The notes beneath the pieces were generated by a model that ran no database searches, was not told the DNA's origin, and was given only the letters and a program-made list of their open reading frames with translations. A program made the position numbers and the translations under genes. A stretch of 63,258 nucleotides of DNA, filler included, from Perkinsus chesapeaki ATCC PRA-425 (lineage: Eukaryota; Protista; Perkinsozoa): assembly GCA_013115145.1 (NCBI GenBank). It is 9 parts of 9 records of this genome, joined end to end, with 100 filler letters (N's around TTAATTAATTAA, not from the genome) between each part and the next. Parts side by side here need not be neighbours in the genome. Positions count along the whole stretch, not along the records: positions 29,740 to 52,709 come from JAAPAO010000567.1; 8 more parts are not named here. One strand, given 5' to 3'. Shown piece after piece: positions 30,387-40,694 of this stretch (positions are counted from its first letter, which is position 1; each line of letters begins with the position of its first letter).

Positions 30387-32963
30387 CTAGTGCACCCACC
30401 AGAGGACAGAGATGGTCACCATAAGACCGACCTGCACAAAGGACCCGCGAGCAGAAAAGCTCGTATGCTTCTTGATGAGGTGATAGGCTGGGCAGTCGCC
30501 AGAGTCTCCGAACTGGGGATTCGCTTTTAAACTATCCCAGCTCTTAAACTCGATGATAGCCTCATGGATGCTGCTCCGCTCCGACAAATTGCGAGCCCAC
30601 ATATTCAAATGCTTGTGACCAGGAATCTTGTAGAACTGGCGGGGCATTGAGTCTGGCCCTAGCTGACTGGCCAGCAGAATGTTCCAAGTGTATGATGCTG
30701 TAGCCGGGGTGGGGAAAGGCATAGGCTTGTTCACCCACGACTCTCTGGTAATCTGAGACCACTCAGATCTGTCGAAGGTAGCCCAGTTAGCCAGATGACC
30801 CGCCATGTTGAGCGAAGGTAGAATATCGTCATAAGCGAGAACGTTACCTCCCCCGAAAGAGGCGACGTCCATAGGTTGATCAGCGAGGGAACCAAATGTG
30901 AAGGCAGTCGCTGCACCAGATAGTTGGAGAACTTGGGCGAATATAGAACATGCTGATCCACAATTACCATCCGTCACGAAAGAAACTTCAGACCAATACT
31001 CCCTATCGTAGCTCGGAGGGACAATTTTCGGCATCCTTTTCATCACAAGTTGACATTCAGCATACATACATGGCGTCGAGTAGTTAGAAGGTGTACCCCA
31101 ATGGCGCAGGTTAACATTCTGGTACTGCGTGAGAGGAGGGACGAACTGTTTACCAGTGGTTCGGTTGAATATTTCTTTATTATCGAAAAGGTACCAACCG
31201 TATTGTGGAGCAAGCTGTCGGCCTATCGAAGTCGATCTGTTCAGGAAAAGTCTTTCTTTCAGAAACTCCATGAAAGCAGTTGCCCTCCTAGTCGTCGAAC
31301 TCTCGGAGAGTATCTTCTCTTCAATGCCTCGCAACCTCGGAAGCTCACGTGCCTCATCGAGCTGCACACCCAAGTATTGCTTACCATACCGTAACAAGTC
31401 ATACAGCATCTCAAACCTTTCTTGGATGAAACTCTTATTTCCACCGAGGAGAGGATTCTCATAAAAGAATTTCTCAATTGTTTGATTGTAGTTCACGCCG
31501 AAAGAAGAAACCCATGTTTGCCAGTTCTCTGTCATGTGCCTGACTACAGGAGTGCATATCTGCTCCTTGGAGCCGACCAAATACCACAATAAAGCATAAA
31601 CCGATATACCATAGCCCCCGCCGTTGGAGGAGACATCGAAGAGCAGCCGAGTTACACCATGCTGACGTGCGTATTCTTGAACTCGAGGGAATCCCACGAA
31701 GAGTGCTGAAGCTCGGTCACTATTCAGCTCCTCGACTGGCTTGAAACTGGGGACGGATACGACAACCGCGTCACCGATGATAGAGTAACGGTAGCCGACA
31801 CCTAGGACCCAGCCGTCTGCAGCAGCACTTTGGACTTTCAGTTCTCCGAGAGGATTATCGCTCGCACCATCTTGATGACTTGAATCATATATGGTTTTGA
31901 CAAGTTTGGCATCTTCCTCATCCATTGGTGGCATGGATGCTCTCATGGCACTCCAGAGGGTTTCAAGCCGTTTCGGATACAACTTCACCTCGAACTCGAG
32001 TGCTTCATCGAAAGCCGGATTAGAATTGGTAATTATATTATAAGCCCGACTATTCACGATATCTCTTCCAGCTCTCTTGCTGTAGTCGGTGAGCCTTCCC
32101 AACCAATGAATAGTCTCAGTGGATCCATCGCTGAAGGTGATCTCAAGAGGTCCAGTTGGAGGAGGACTAATCGCTGCCGGACGGTCCACATAATCTTTAA
32201 CAAAGAAACGAGTATTCAGTCTTTGCAACATACCCTGCAATTCTCCAGCATCGGGCCCATCGTTAGAGACCATGTCCTGCATCCACTGGAGAACAGGTTT
32301 ACCATCAATCTCCGTAACGATATCACCATCTTTATGGAGGATACGAGAATTATACACCACCTCGTAGAGCGAGGCATAGTTGACAAGTTCGAGTGTTATA
32401 ACCTGCTTGTCGCCATCCATACGAGAGTTGAAGCGTATCGGCAGAACGTAGTAGAACGCCTGGAAAGGTGTGGTATACCTCGTATGAGCATCATTAAGAC
32501 GATTGAACTCATGCAGTAGGCCAAAGTGGAAGGGAGCTGCCTGCATATCTTGATTGAGGATATTCAACTGCTCATCAGTTGATAGCGGATCCAGCACGAC
32601 AGAGAACTGTCTTATCTGGGCATCAATAAGACCTTTGAGGTCGACATCGAGCTCGTGAAGTTGAAACCCACAGGTGTTGCTTTCAATAGAATTGTTCAGA
32701 CCATTGGCGATGTCGGTGAAGGCATATGACTCCGACACACCATATTTCAAGTTGTGGAGTGTAAACAGGGCGTTGAACTTGGTAATAGTAAGGCTGTTGA
32801 GGCAGTCACTCAAGTCATCAGCTCTCCCCCACAGGATATCATCTGATGCCCGCTCTTGCAGAATTGTACGGTCGCCAAAGCGGCTCAGACGCGCGCAAAG
32901 GTCGTCGTCAACCACCTGGGCTTGGCTGCCCGACAAGGCCAAAAGTAATAACCAGAAGTTCAT
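30387..32963 (-). CDS. Peptidase S41-like secreted/GPI-anchored protein, paralog P1 (858 aa)
   Basis: Signal peptide; LLFDVSSNGGG (S41 DLRxNxGG-like) and VTDGNCGSACS (catalytic-Ser-like) motifs; hydrophobic C-terminus; intronless. Confidence 0.8.
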   Translation of the reverse strand: MNFWLLLLALSGSQAQVVDDDLCARLSRFGDRTILQERASDDILWGRADDLSDCLNSLTITKFNALFTLHNLKYGVSESYAFTDIANGLNNSIESNTCGFQLHELDVDLKGLIDAQIRQFSVVLDPLSTDEQLNILNQDMQAAPFHFGLLHEFNRLNDAHTRYTTPFQAFYYVLPIRFNSRMDGDKQVITLELVNYASLYEVVYNSRILHKDGDIVTEIDGKPVLQWMQDMVSNDGPDAGELQGMLQRLNTRFFVKDYVDRPAAISPPPTGPLEITFSDGSTETIHWLGRLTDYSKRAGRDIVNSRAYNIITNSNPAFDEALEFEVKLYPKRLETLWSAMRASMPPMDEEDAKLVKTIYDSSHQDGASDNPLGELKVQSAAADGWVLGVGYRYSIIGDAVVVSVPSFKPVEELNSDRASALFVGFPRVQEYARQHGVTRLLFDVSSNGGGYGISVYALLWYLVGSKEQICTPVVRHMTENWQTWVSSFGVNYNQTIEKFFYENPLLGGNKSFIQERFEMLYDLLRYGKQYLGVQLDEARELPRLRGIEEKILSESSTTRRATAFMEFLKERLFLNRSTSIGRQLAPQYGWYLFDNKEIFNRTTGKQFVPPLTQYQNVNLRHWGTPSNYSTPCMYAECQLVMKRMPKIVPPSYDREYWSEVSFVTDGNCGSACSIFAQVLQLSGAATAFTFGSLADQPMDVASFGGGNVLAYDDILPSLNMAGHLANWATFDRSEWSQITRESWVNKPMPFPTPATASYTWNILLASQLGPDSMPRQFYKIPGHKHLNMWARNLSERSSIHEAIIEFKSWDSLKANPQFGDSGDCPAYHLIKKHTSFSARGSFVQVGLMVTISVLWWVH

Positions 32964-35363
32964 AGATAACCAGCGCTGAACAGTATCAAGATAATGGAAC
33001 TGAGGCGTGCGTACGTGCGTGTAAAACCCACGTAGAACACGCAGCGTGTTCTACGGGTTTCGCTATGAACCACGGGCATGATTCATGCAGCATGAACCCC
33101 TTATCATCTTACGGCAGACACCTGGGTGTTCTGCCTTGCCGAAAGCTTCAGTCCAGGAAGCGAGACCTCCGCGCGCTCCGGCGTACGAGGAGTCAGGGTG
33201 ATGACACGCTCACGCAATACTCCCGAGAAGCCATCGATAGCACGCGCCACAGCGCATATTGCATTTGCACGCTGCAACACCCGAGCTTCCCGACTTGGAT
33301 TGAATCCCTTAGGAGCTTACTTCATAGTGATGAGTTTCCGAATGCACACCCAAACACTATGCACCATCCTCCACATCGTATGGCAATCGCTCTAAGTGTA
33401 CGGATTTCGCTGAATCGCTGTTAACCCTAATGTCTCCTCCTGGCAAGCCCGAGCGGAGAAGCACGATACTAGTGACAAAGTGGACTCTTCTGGTGCAGAC
33501 TGGGATGCACGGGATCAGCATCGACTAGCACCCTCAGTCGCAGCTACACTGATATTTTCTTCCGCTGGTCTTCGATTTGTGGTCCAGCTGGGATCGAACA
33601 AGCTTACCGTCACTTGAAACTGTGTTATCGCGTGCATTTTTGTATTTACTCCAGAAGCCGCTGCTCGGAGATGACTTGCCCCGATTCCCTTGCAGACTGC
33701 ACTTAGGAGCTGCTTTTGTAATTTTCAGCGATTCGTGCGTGACGCATATTATGCGTCGCCTATCTGTTAGCGAGTTCCTGCTTCAAGACTGGAGAATATG
33801 TCTGCCAGAATAGACTGGGCTAACCTGAGAGTTTTTGGAACCACACCCTTGTTACAGCCTTCTCTGAGTCTAGTATACTCCTTCCTTTGAGACCCTTGTT
33901 GTCGACCCAGAGCTGGCTACCGGAGTTTGCAACCTCCAACCAAGCCTGGTACGCTCAGCGTGCTGCTATCGCCCCTATAACCGAAGTGACGAGAGAAATG
34001 GGTTATCTATTCTTTATCTTTCAGATTAGATTCCCAGCATGAAAAACTCGAGCCTTTAGCGGGTCGAAATTATCGACGGCATGTTGCCGAGTGAAGTAGT
34101 CCGGTTAATAGTTTTTCGGAGAAACTTTTTTTCCTGTATAAACTTTGTCCGCGTGTTGTGGGCAGGAAGAGGGTGAAACAAAGGTTCCTGAATCTTTTTT
34201 TAAGAATGACCATCTTAGAAATTCGGCCCAAAGACACTTCAGGGAATTTTTGCCGGAAGTTCTACCCAATAGATTTTCAGTCACCCTGTTGCGGTTCGAG
34301 TTAGCAGTCGTGCACGCCCTATCGAGAACCTATTTCCCCGCTGAGTACCCCCACCAGGTAGGGCCCCGATCTGCTGCAATAAATCGAGAAAAGTTGTGGA
34401 AGAAGTGCGAAGGGTCTATCTTGTCAAGTAGCTAGTTTGGTCAGCCTCACCCTTCCTATTCTCATACCGACCTTACAGACTCCGATTGAGAGTGAGGGTC
34501 TGCATAAACTGTCAACTCGTGAGGGATAAACCCTGTGCACTAAGCCGAACTTGGACTTTAACGATCCGTTGAAGCTCACAAGTTCGTTAATAACGAACTT
34601 GTGACTCAGAAGTTGTGAGCCACAAGTTGACACAGGGGAGCTCATTCATTGATGGCTCTATCCGATCCGAATCCAGGACCGACACTATATTATGAGAAAT
34701 TGTCGTTGATACTAATATGCAGACTAACTCCCCCCAATCTGGGGGCCCCGGATGTTTGATGTTACAGCAACTCCCTAGCTTGTCCCACTCAAGGTAACCT
34801 ACCGGACCATATGATACAGCTTGATGTGTCACCACTGCTATATTATCAGGCAGTCAGTCTCAGACTGACAGTCTAGTATAGTCTAGCTGCCTCAAATTCG
34901 TCAGCTAATAAGCCCGCTAAGAGTTAGGGGGCGCATTGCACCCACTTGGTCCGATGAACTCAGACCCTCAGAAACAGAACGTTGAAGTTGGGTAGTCTAA
35001 GAAAGATCCCCTCAGTATGCCATTGGAGGAATGTTGTATATGTACACTCTACACTGTAGAGTCCCAGCGAATATGGGAAACTCTAACCCGCCGCCAAAAC
35101 CTTTGTCCATCTGGATAACCTAGATGTGAATTGGGCTTCTGATATGCTCAGCCTGCATCGCAGGCGAACATCACACGAATCGTGACCTGCGAGTCCGACT
35201 GCGCCATGGGAAGGTACCAAGTTGAAGCAAGAACATCGCTTCAAACGAGGTATGAAAGAAATACCGTCTCAATGCCGAGTTCCTACGGTATATTTAGTAA
35301 ATATTATTTACAGCTTTTTTCAACCCACCCGAATCGGGCGGCCCGATAACAAGCCGTGCGTAC

Positions 35364-35385
35364 AAGCCGAATCGGCTTAGCCGAT
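35364..35385. repeat. 22-bp 8-mer scar, X=AAGCCGAT
   Basis: aagccga-atcggctt-agccgat, perfect. Confidence 0.85.
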
Positions 35386-36125
35386 TACGTGAACGAAGCC
35401 GCGCTAAGAGAAATCTCCGGAGCATAAGACTCACACCGTGAGTGTGCTCTAATCTGCTGCCAATAGCTAACCATCCTTTCGATTCACCTTTATTTGTCCT
35501 TCCTTTTTTCATCGGGTTTTCACTACAAGTATTGCTCGTAAAACCCATGCTGCTAAACATTATGCGAAAAGGTACCGTACGATGTGCATGCAAGACACCT
35601 CGTAGTAATGCTCGATAGCATTGAGTCAATGTCGCTGGCGATCGCCTACGAGCAGGTTCTACTCGTAGGGCAGTTTCCGCCGAGGACTTCTCAGGTAACA
35701 GAAACCGGATTCTCGGCCGAAGGTGGTACACCGCGACGGCGAGTGGAAAATTTTGCAGAACGCTTGGCAGGCTCAGTCTTTGTCCTAGCCCAATATAATG
35801 TGCCAACATTCCACTCGTCAACTCGACACACAGTTATTATGAGAACCAAATAAAAGACTGCTAGCAGATCGTCTGTGACAGAGGACGATAAGAAAAGGGA
35901 GTCATCTAACCATACTGAAAAAAGTATCTCCTACCCAGATACGATAGGAAGCAAGGCTCGTACATTCCTAAACTGAGAGATAACATCAAAGAAATTCCCT
36001 CCGGAACACCTCTGTGACTCTCCGATTGAGGACAGCTATGTACAAGACTGGACAATTCGTAAAGGGCGCAGCGATGCTAACCCGACAAAAAATAAATAAA
36101 TCTTAGGGACTTAACAAAAGTTGTC

Positions 36126-38716
36126 TTAGCTCACCCACCACAGAATTAGGGCTACCACCATGGTAACTAAGTGCACAAGAGTCCCGCGAGCAGAGAAGCT
36201 CGCATGCTCCTTGGTAAGGCGATAGGCTGGGCAGTCGCCAAAGTCTCGGAACTGGGGATTCGCTTTCAAACTATCCCAGCTCTTAAACCCGACTATAGCC
36301 TCATGGATGCTGCTCCGCTCCGCCAAATTACGAGCCCACATATTCAAATGCTTATGACCGGGGATCTTGTAGAACTGGCGGGGCATTGAGTCTGGCCCTA
36401 GCTGACTGGCCAGCAGAATGTTCGAAGTGTATGATGCTGTAGCCGAGGTGGGGAATGGCATAGGCTTGTTCACCCACGACTCTCTGGTAATCTGAGACCA
36501 CTCAGATCTTCCAAAGGTAGCCCAGTGACCCAGATGACCCGCCGTGTTGAGTAAAGGTGAAACTTCGTCATAAGCGAGAACGTTGCCTCCCCCGAAAGAG
36601 GCGACGTCCATAGGTTGATTAGCGAGGGAACCAAATGTGAAGGCAGTCGCTGCGCCAGATAGTTGGAGAACTTGAGTGAATATAGAACATGCTGATCCAC
36701 AATTACCATCCGTCACGAAAGAAACCTCAGACCAATACTCCCTATCGTAGCTCGAAGGGACAATGTTCGGCATCATCTCCATTACAAATGCACATTCAGC
36801 AGGCATACCCGGCGTCGAGTAATTGGAAGGTGTACCCCAATGGCGCAGGTCAACATTTTGGTACTGTGAGAGAGGAGGGACGAATTGTCCACCAGTAGTT
36901 CGGTTGATTATACCTGTGTTATCGAAGAGAAACCAACCGTACTGTGGGGCAAGCTGTTGGCCGATCCCAGTCGACCTGTCCAGGAAAAGTCTCTCTTTCA
37001 AAAACTGCTTGAAAGCAGCTGCTCTTCTAGTCACCGACCTCATGGAAAGTATTCTATCTTCGATGTCATGCAACCTCGAAAGCTCACGTGCCTCATCGAA
37101 TCGTATACCTATCTGCTGCTGACCATACCGTAACAAGTCATACAGCATCTCGAACCTTTCATGAATGAAGCCCTTGTCCCCACCGAGTAGAGGATTTTCA
37201 CAGAAGAACTCATCGATCGTCTGATTGTATTTCACGCCGAAAGAAGAAACCCATGTTTGCCAGGTCTGTGTCATGCGCCGGACTGTAAGCGGGCGTATTT
37301 GCTCTTTGGAGCCGACAAAATACCCCAATAATGCAAAAACTGATAAACCATAGCCTTCTCTATTGGAAGAGACATCGAAGAGCAGCCGAGTTACACCTTC
37401 ATGCTGACGTGCAAAGTCTTGGACGTCAGTAAACCCAGCATAGAGTAGCGATGGTAGGGATTGCCCAGTCGCAAACAAAGTTGGTGTGAAATGGAAGAGG
37501 ACCACGACAACCGCGTTTCCGATAATAGAATAACGGTAACCAGCGCCTAAGACCCAACCATCTACAGCAGCACTTCGAAGGTTGAAGTGTTCTTGGGAGT
37601 CGTCTCTTATACCAGCGTGAGGCCTCGAGTCATGCATGGCCTTGATAAGTTCGGCATCTTCCTTATCCATTGGTGGTATGGATGCTCTCATGGTATTCCA
37701 GAGAGTTTCAAGTCTCCTCGGATAAAACTTCACCTCGAACTTGAGTGCTTCATCGAACTTCGGATTACTACTCGCCAGTCTACTGAGAGCCGACGTACTC
37801 ACGAGATCTCTTCCAACTATGTTGCTGTGGTCGGTGAGCCTGCCCAACCAATGGATGGTCTCAGTGGATCCGTCGCTGAAGGTGATCTCGAGAGGCCCAG
37901 TTGGTGGAAGATTCTCCAGCGGTAAACGAACCAAATATGGGTTCACAAAAAAGCGAACGTTGAGCCTCTGTAGCATACCCTGCAACTCCCCACCGTCATC
38001 GTTGGAGACCATGTCTTGCATCCACTGGAGCACGGGTTTACCACCAAGCTCGGTCACGATATCACCATCTTTGTGGAGGATAGTGGAATTATACACCGGC
38101 TCATAGTATGAAGCATGGGCGACAAGTTCGAGTTTAATAACCTGGTTGCTGCCATCCATACGAGAGTTGAAGCGTATCGGTAACACATAGAAGAATGGAT
38201 CAAAGGGTGCGATATACCTCGTATGAGCATCATTGAGACGATTGAATTCACGCAGCAGGCCAAAGTGAAAGGGAGCTGCCTTCATATCTTCTTTAAGGAC
38301 ATTTAACTGCTCATCAATTGTCAGAGGATCCAGTATATCTGAGGACTCTTTTATCTGAGCATCAATAAAACCCTTAAGGTCGACGTCGAGGTCGTGAAGC
38401 TTGAAACCGCACGTGTTGTTCTGGATGGAGCGGTTCAGACCGCTAGCCATGTCGGTGAAGGCATACGATTCCGCTACGCCATATTTCAAGTTGTGGAGAG
38501 TAAACAGAGCACTTAACTTGCTCATAGTGAGGCTGTTGAGGCAATCGCTCAATTCATCAGCTCTCCTCCACAGAAAGTAGATCCCTGCGGCCTGTTGCAC
38601 AACTGTACGCGGCGTACAGTACGCCCACCAGAGCGGTTTAAGCGTGCGCAGAGGTCATCGTCAGCCACCTGGGATTCGATGCCAAGAAAGTTTAAGATTA
38701 ACAGCCACAAAGCCAT
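36126..38716 (-). pseudogene. Peptidase S41-like paralog P2, frameshifted by a 14-bp insertion
   Basis: The signal peptide (MALWLL, ATG 38716) is in one frame and the body in another. Removing 14 bp at 38604-38625 restores GRTVVQQAAG, matching P1/P3 DRTILQE. Confidence 0.85.
38604..38625. repeat. 22-bp 8-mer scar inside P2, X=TGTACGCC
   Basis: tgtacgc-ggcgtaca-gtacgcc, perfect; P1 and P3 have a single-copy site. Confidence 0.9.
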
Positions 38717-39415
38717 AGACCCCCAAATATGCAGTTGCCAAGTAATACTGAGGGAACGGGGCCGACAAATGTGCACGCATGCGTGCCCTGGAGCCGTCAT
38801 AGTCTGACCTGGCTCAGTGTAAATCGTTCGCTGGAGGTGAGGCATTGATACTAGACTCCCGGATTCGTGCTTTTTAGAACCACTACGGTACTTGAAGAAT
38901 CCCCTTGGGACATTTTTTCCGTTATGAATTATAAAAGACACAAAACAGCTGTTACAAGTTCACCTTTTCAGCGGCAGAGCTAAGAAATGTCTACCCGCGT
39001 CACTTGCAATGTAAGTCTCGCATACCCTGGTCTAGCATCAAATTATTCCAAGCTACTCTCATCTGAAAGCTCAACCTTTGCATAGTATACTTCCCGCCTT
39101 AACATTTGCGAAGAAAGTTGATATTAGAACGAAGGTAGGCTACCAGAACTCGCCACTTTCTGACAAGAGTGCTAGGCATTCTGTCTCCTCTACAACTGGC
39201 AAAATGAGGCAATAATACTGTATTGGGGCCTACTAGAGAACTTCTCGGCATGCTCAGATAGGTTGACGCGTCCAGTTAAGTGGTGGCGGTGGCTAGATTG
39301 GGTAGTCGCGCAAAGTCCTGTTGAGAGTCTGTTCTCTCGCAGAGTCCGGCCGTCACGGACTGCTCTGATTTGGGCAGGGGCGCCAACGTTGCTTACCGAG
39401 CTCAGAGTGCTTACC

Positions 39416-40308
39416 AGAAAACTTCACGCAAAAATACCCAGTGCGAGAGGATATCTTGTCACGCAGAGTGCTTATAGTGTGCTGGTGAATTAGTGGGCAA
39501 GGTTCTATTTTTGTAACGCTGATAGCAGCACTAATCGGGCCATAGGGCTATGGTGTGTGGGAGACTTCGTACAACTTCCGCAATACTGAATGAAGAGAAT
39601 CATTTGCATGAAGGTATTGATCATGTACTACTTAGACTGGGATATCAGTTTGATAAATTATTTATTTGCAAGTTGTTACGGTGACTGTCTGAAAAGTGCT
39701 GATTGTCTGTCGGAGACTAGGATAATATGTGAGGCTCGCATTGTGAGCCGTTAGGTGTTTGAGTATTCCGGTGTCACTTAGGGCTCCTTGAAGCTAAGCT
39801 CGTCGAGAGTTATATAATATGCGGACTTCTCAGGGGAACATTGACTTGGCTTCGCAACGGACTTGTGGACTCATGTACTCGTGAGTTCGGCGATTCAATT
39901 GGTATTCAGTGCCGAGGAGATACTTCAACACAAAATGTGACTCATGGAAAAAGTCGTCTGAGAAACTGAGAGGAATGATATACAGGGAGGAACAGTCTCA
40001 AGAAAAGCGCAAACCCCTGGTGTTTCAACATCTGGTGTTGTTCTCCCAAAAGCTGAAGCCGATCACCGACTGGACACCCAGCACGAAGGTCCGATAAAGA
40101 GAGGGGCGTCCGTAGGCGGAGTTGCCCCAATAAAATCGAGTACAGTGTCAATAGCTAACTCATATATCAGCATTGCTCATAACCAACACCCAACTCCGAC
40201 ACTTATCATGCAATCCATCACTGAAGATGGTTATGTGTTCAAATGCATGGAGAGCAAGCTGCGGCCTAACTTCGAGCTTTCTCGGTTATCCTCTTTAGTC
40301 TCCTCCGC
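39416..40308 (+). repeat. About 0.9-kb intergenic segment, copy 1 (duplicate at 44511-45515)
   Basis: Long collinear identity blocks with 44511-45515. Confidence 0.9.
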
Positions 40309-40694
40309 AGTGCGTCACCCGGCGACTTAAACCACTTGTCTCTTCTCAGTTATACTAGCCCAATATTATGTGCCGACATTCCACTCATCTACTCAACACA
40401 CAGTTCTTATGACAATCAGATAAGAGACTGATAACAGGCGAGAATCAAGAATGGCGATTCAGCCTCACAGAAATGAGTTTCTTGGGTTTGCGAAGTACGG
40501 AGGTACAAGGGTACATTGAACTACAAATAAGTCCCTTGACCAGAAGCGTAACATCAAAACCACTCCTTCCGGAACCATCTGATGTTTCTCTATCATACCT
40601 TGGTCAACAACATGGCCAAACAAGACGGGACAATCCTTAAGTACACAGACAAACGACAAAAAAGAAAAAGTATTATGGACCTAACCAAGTTATC

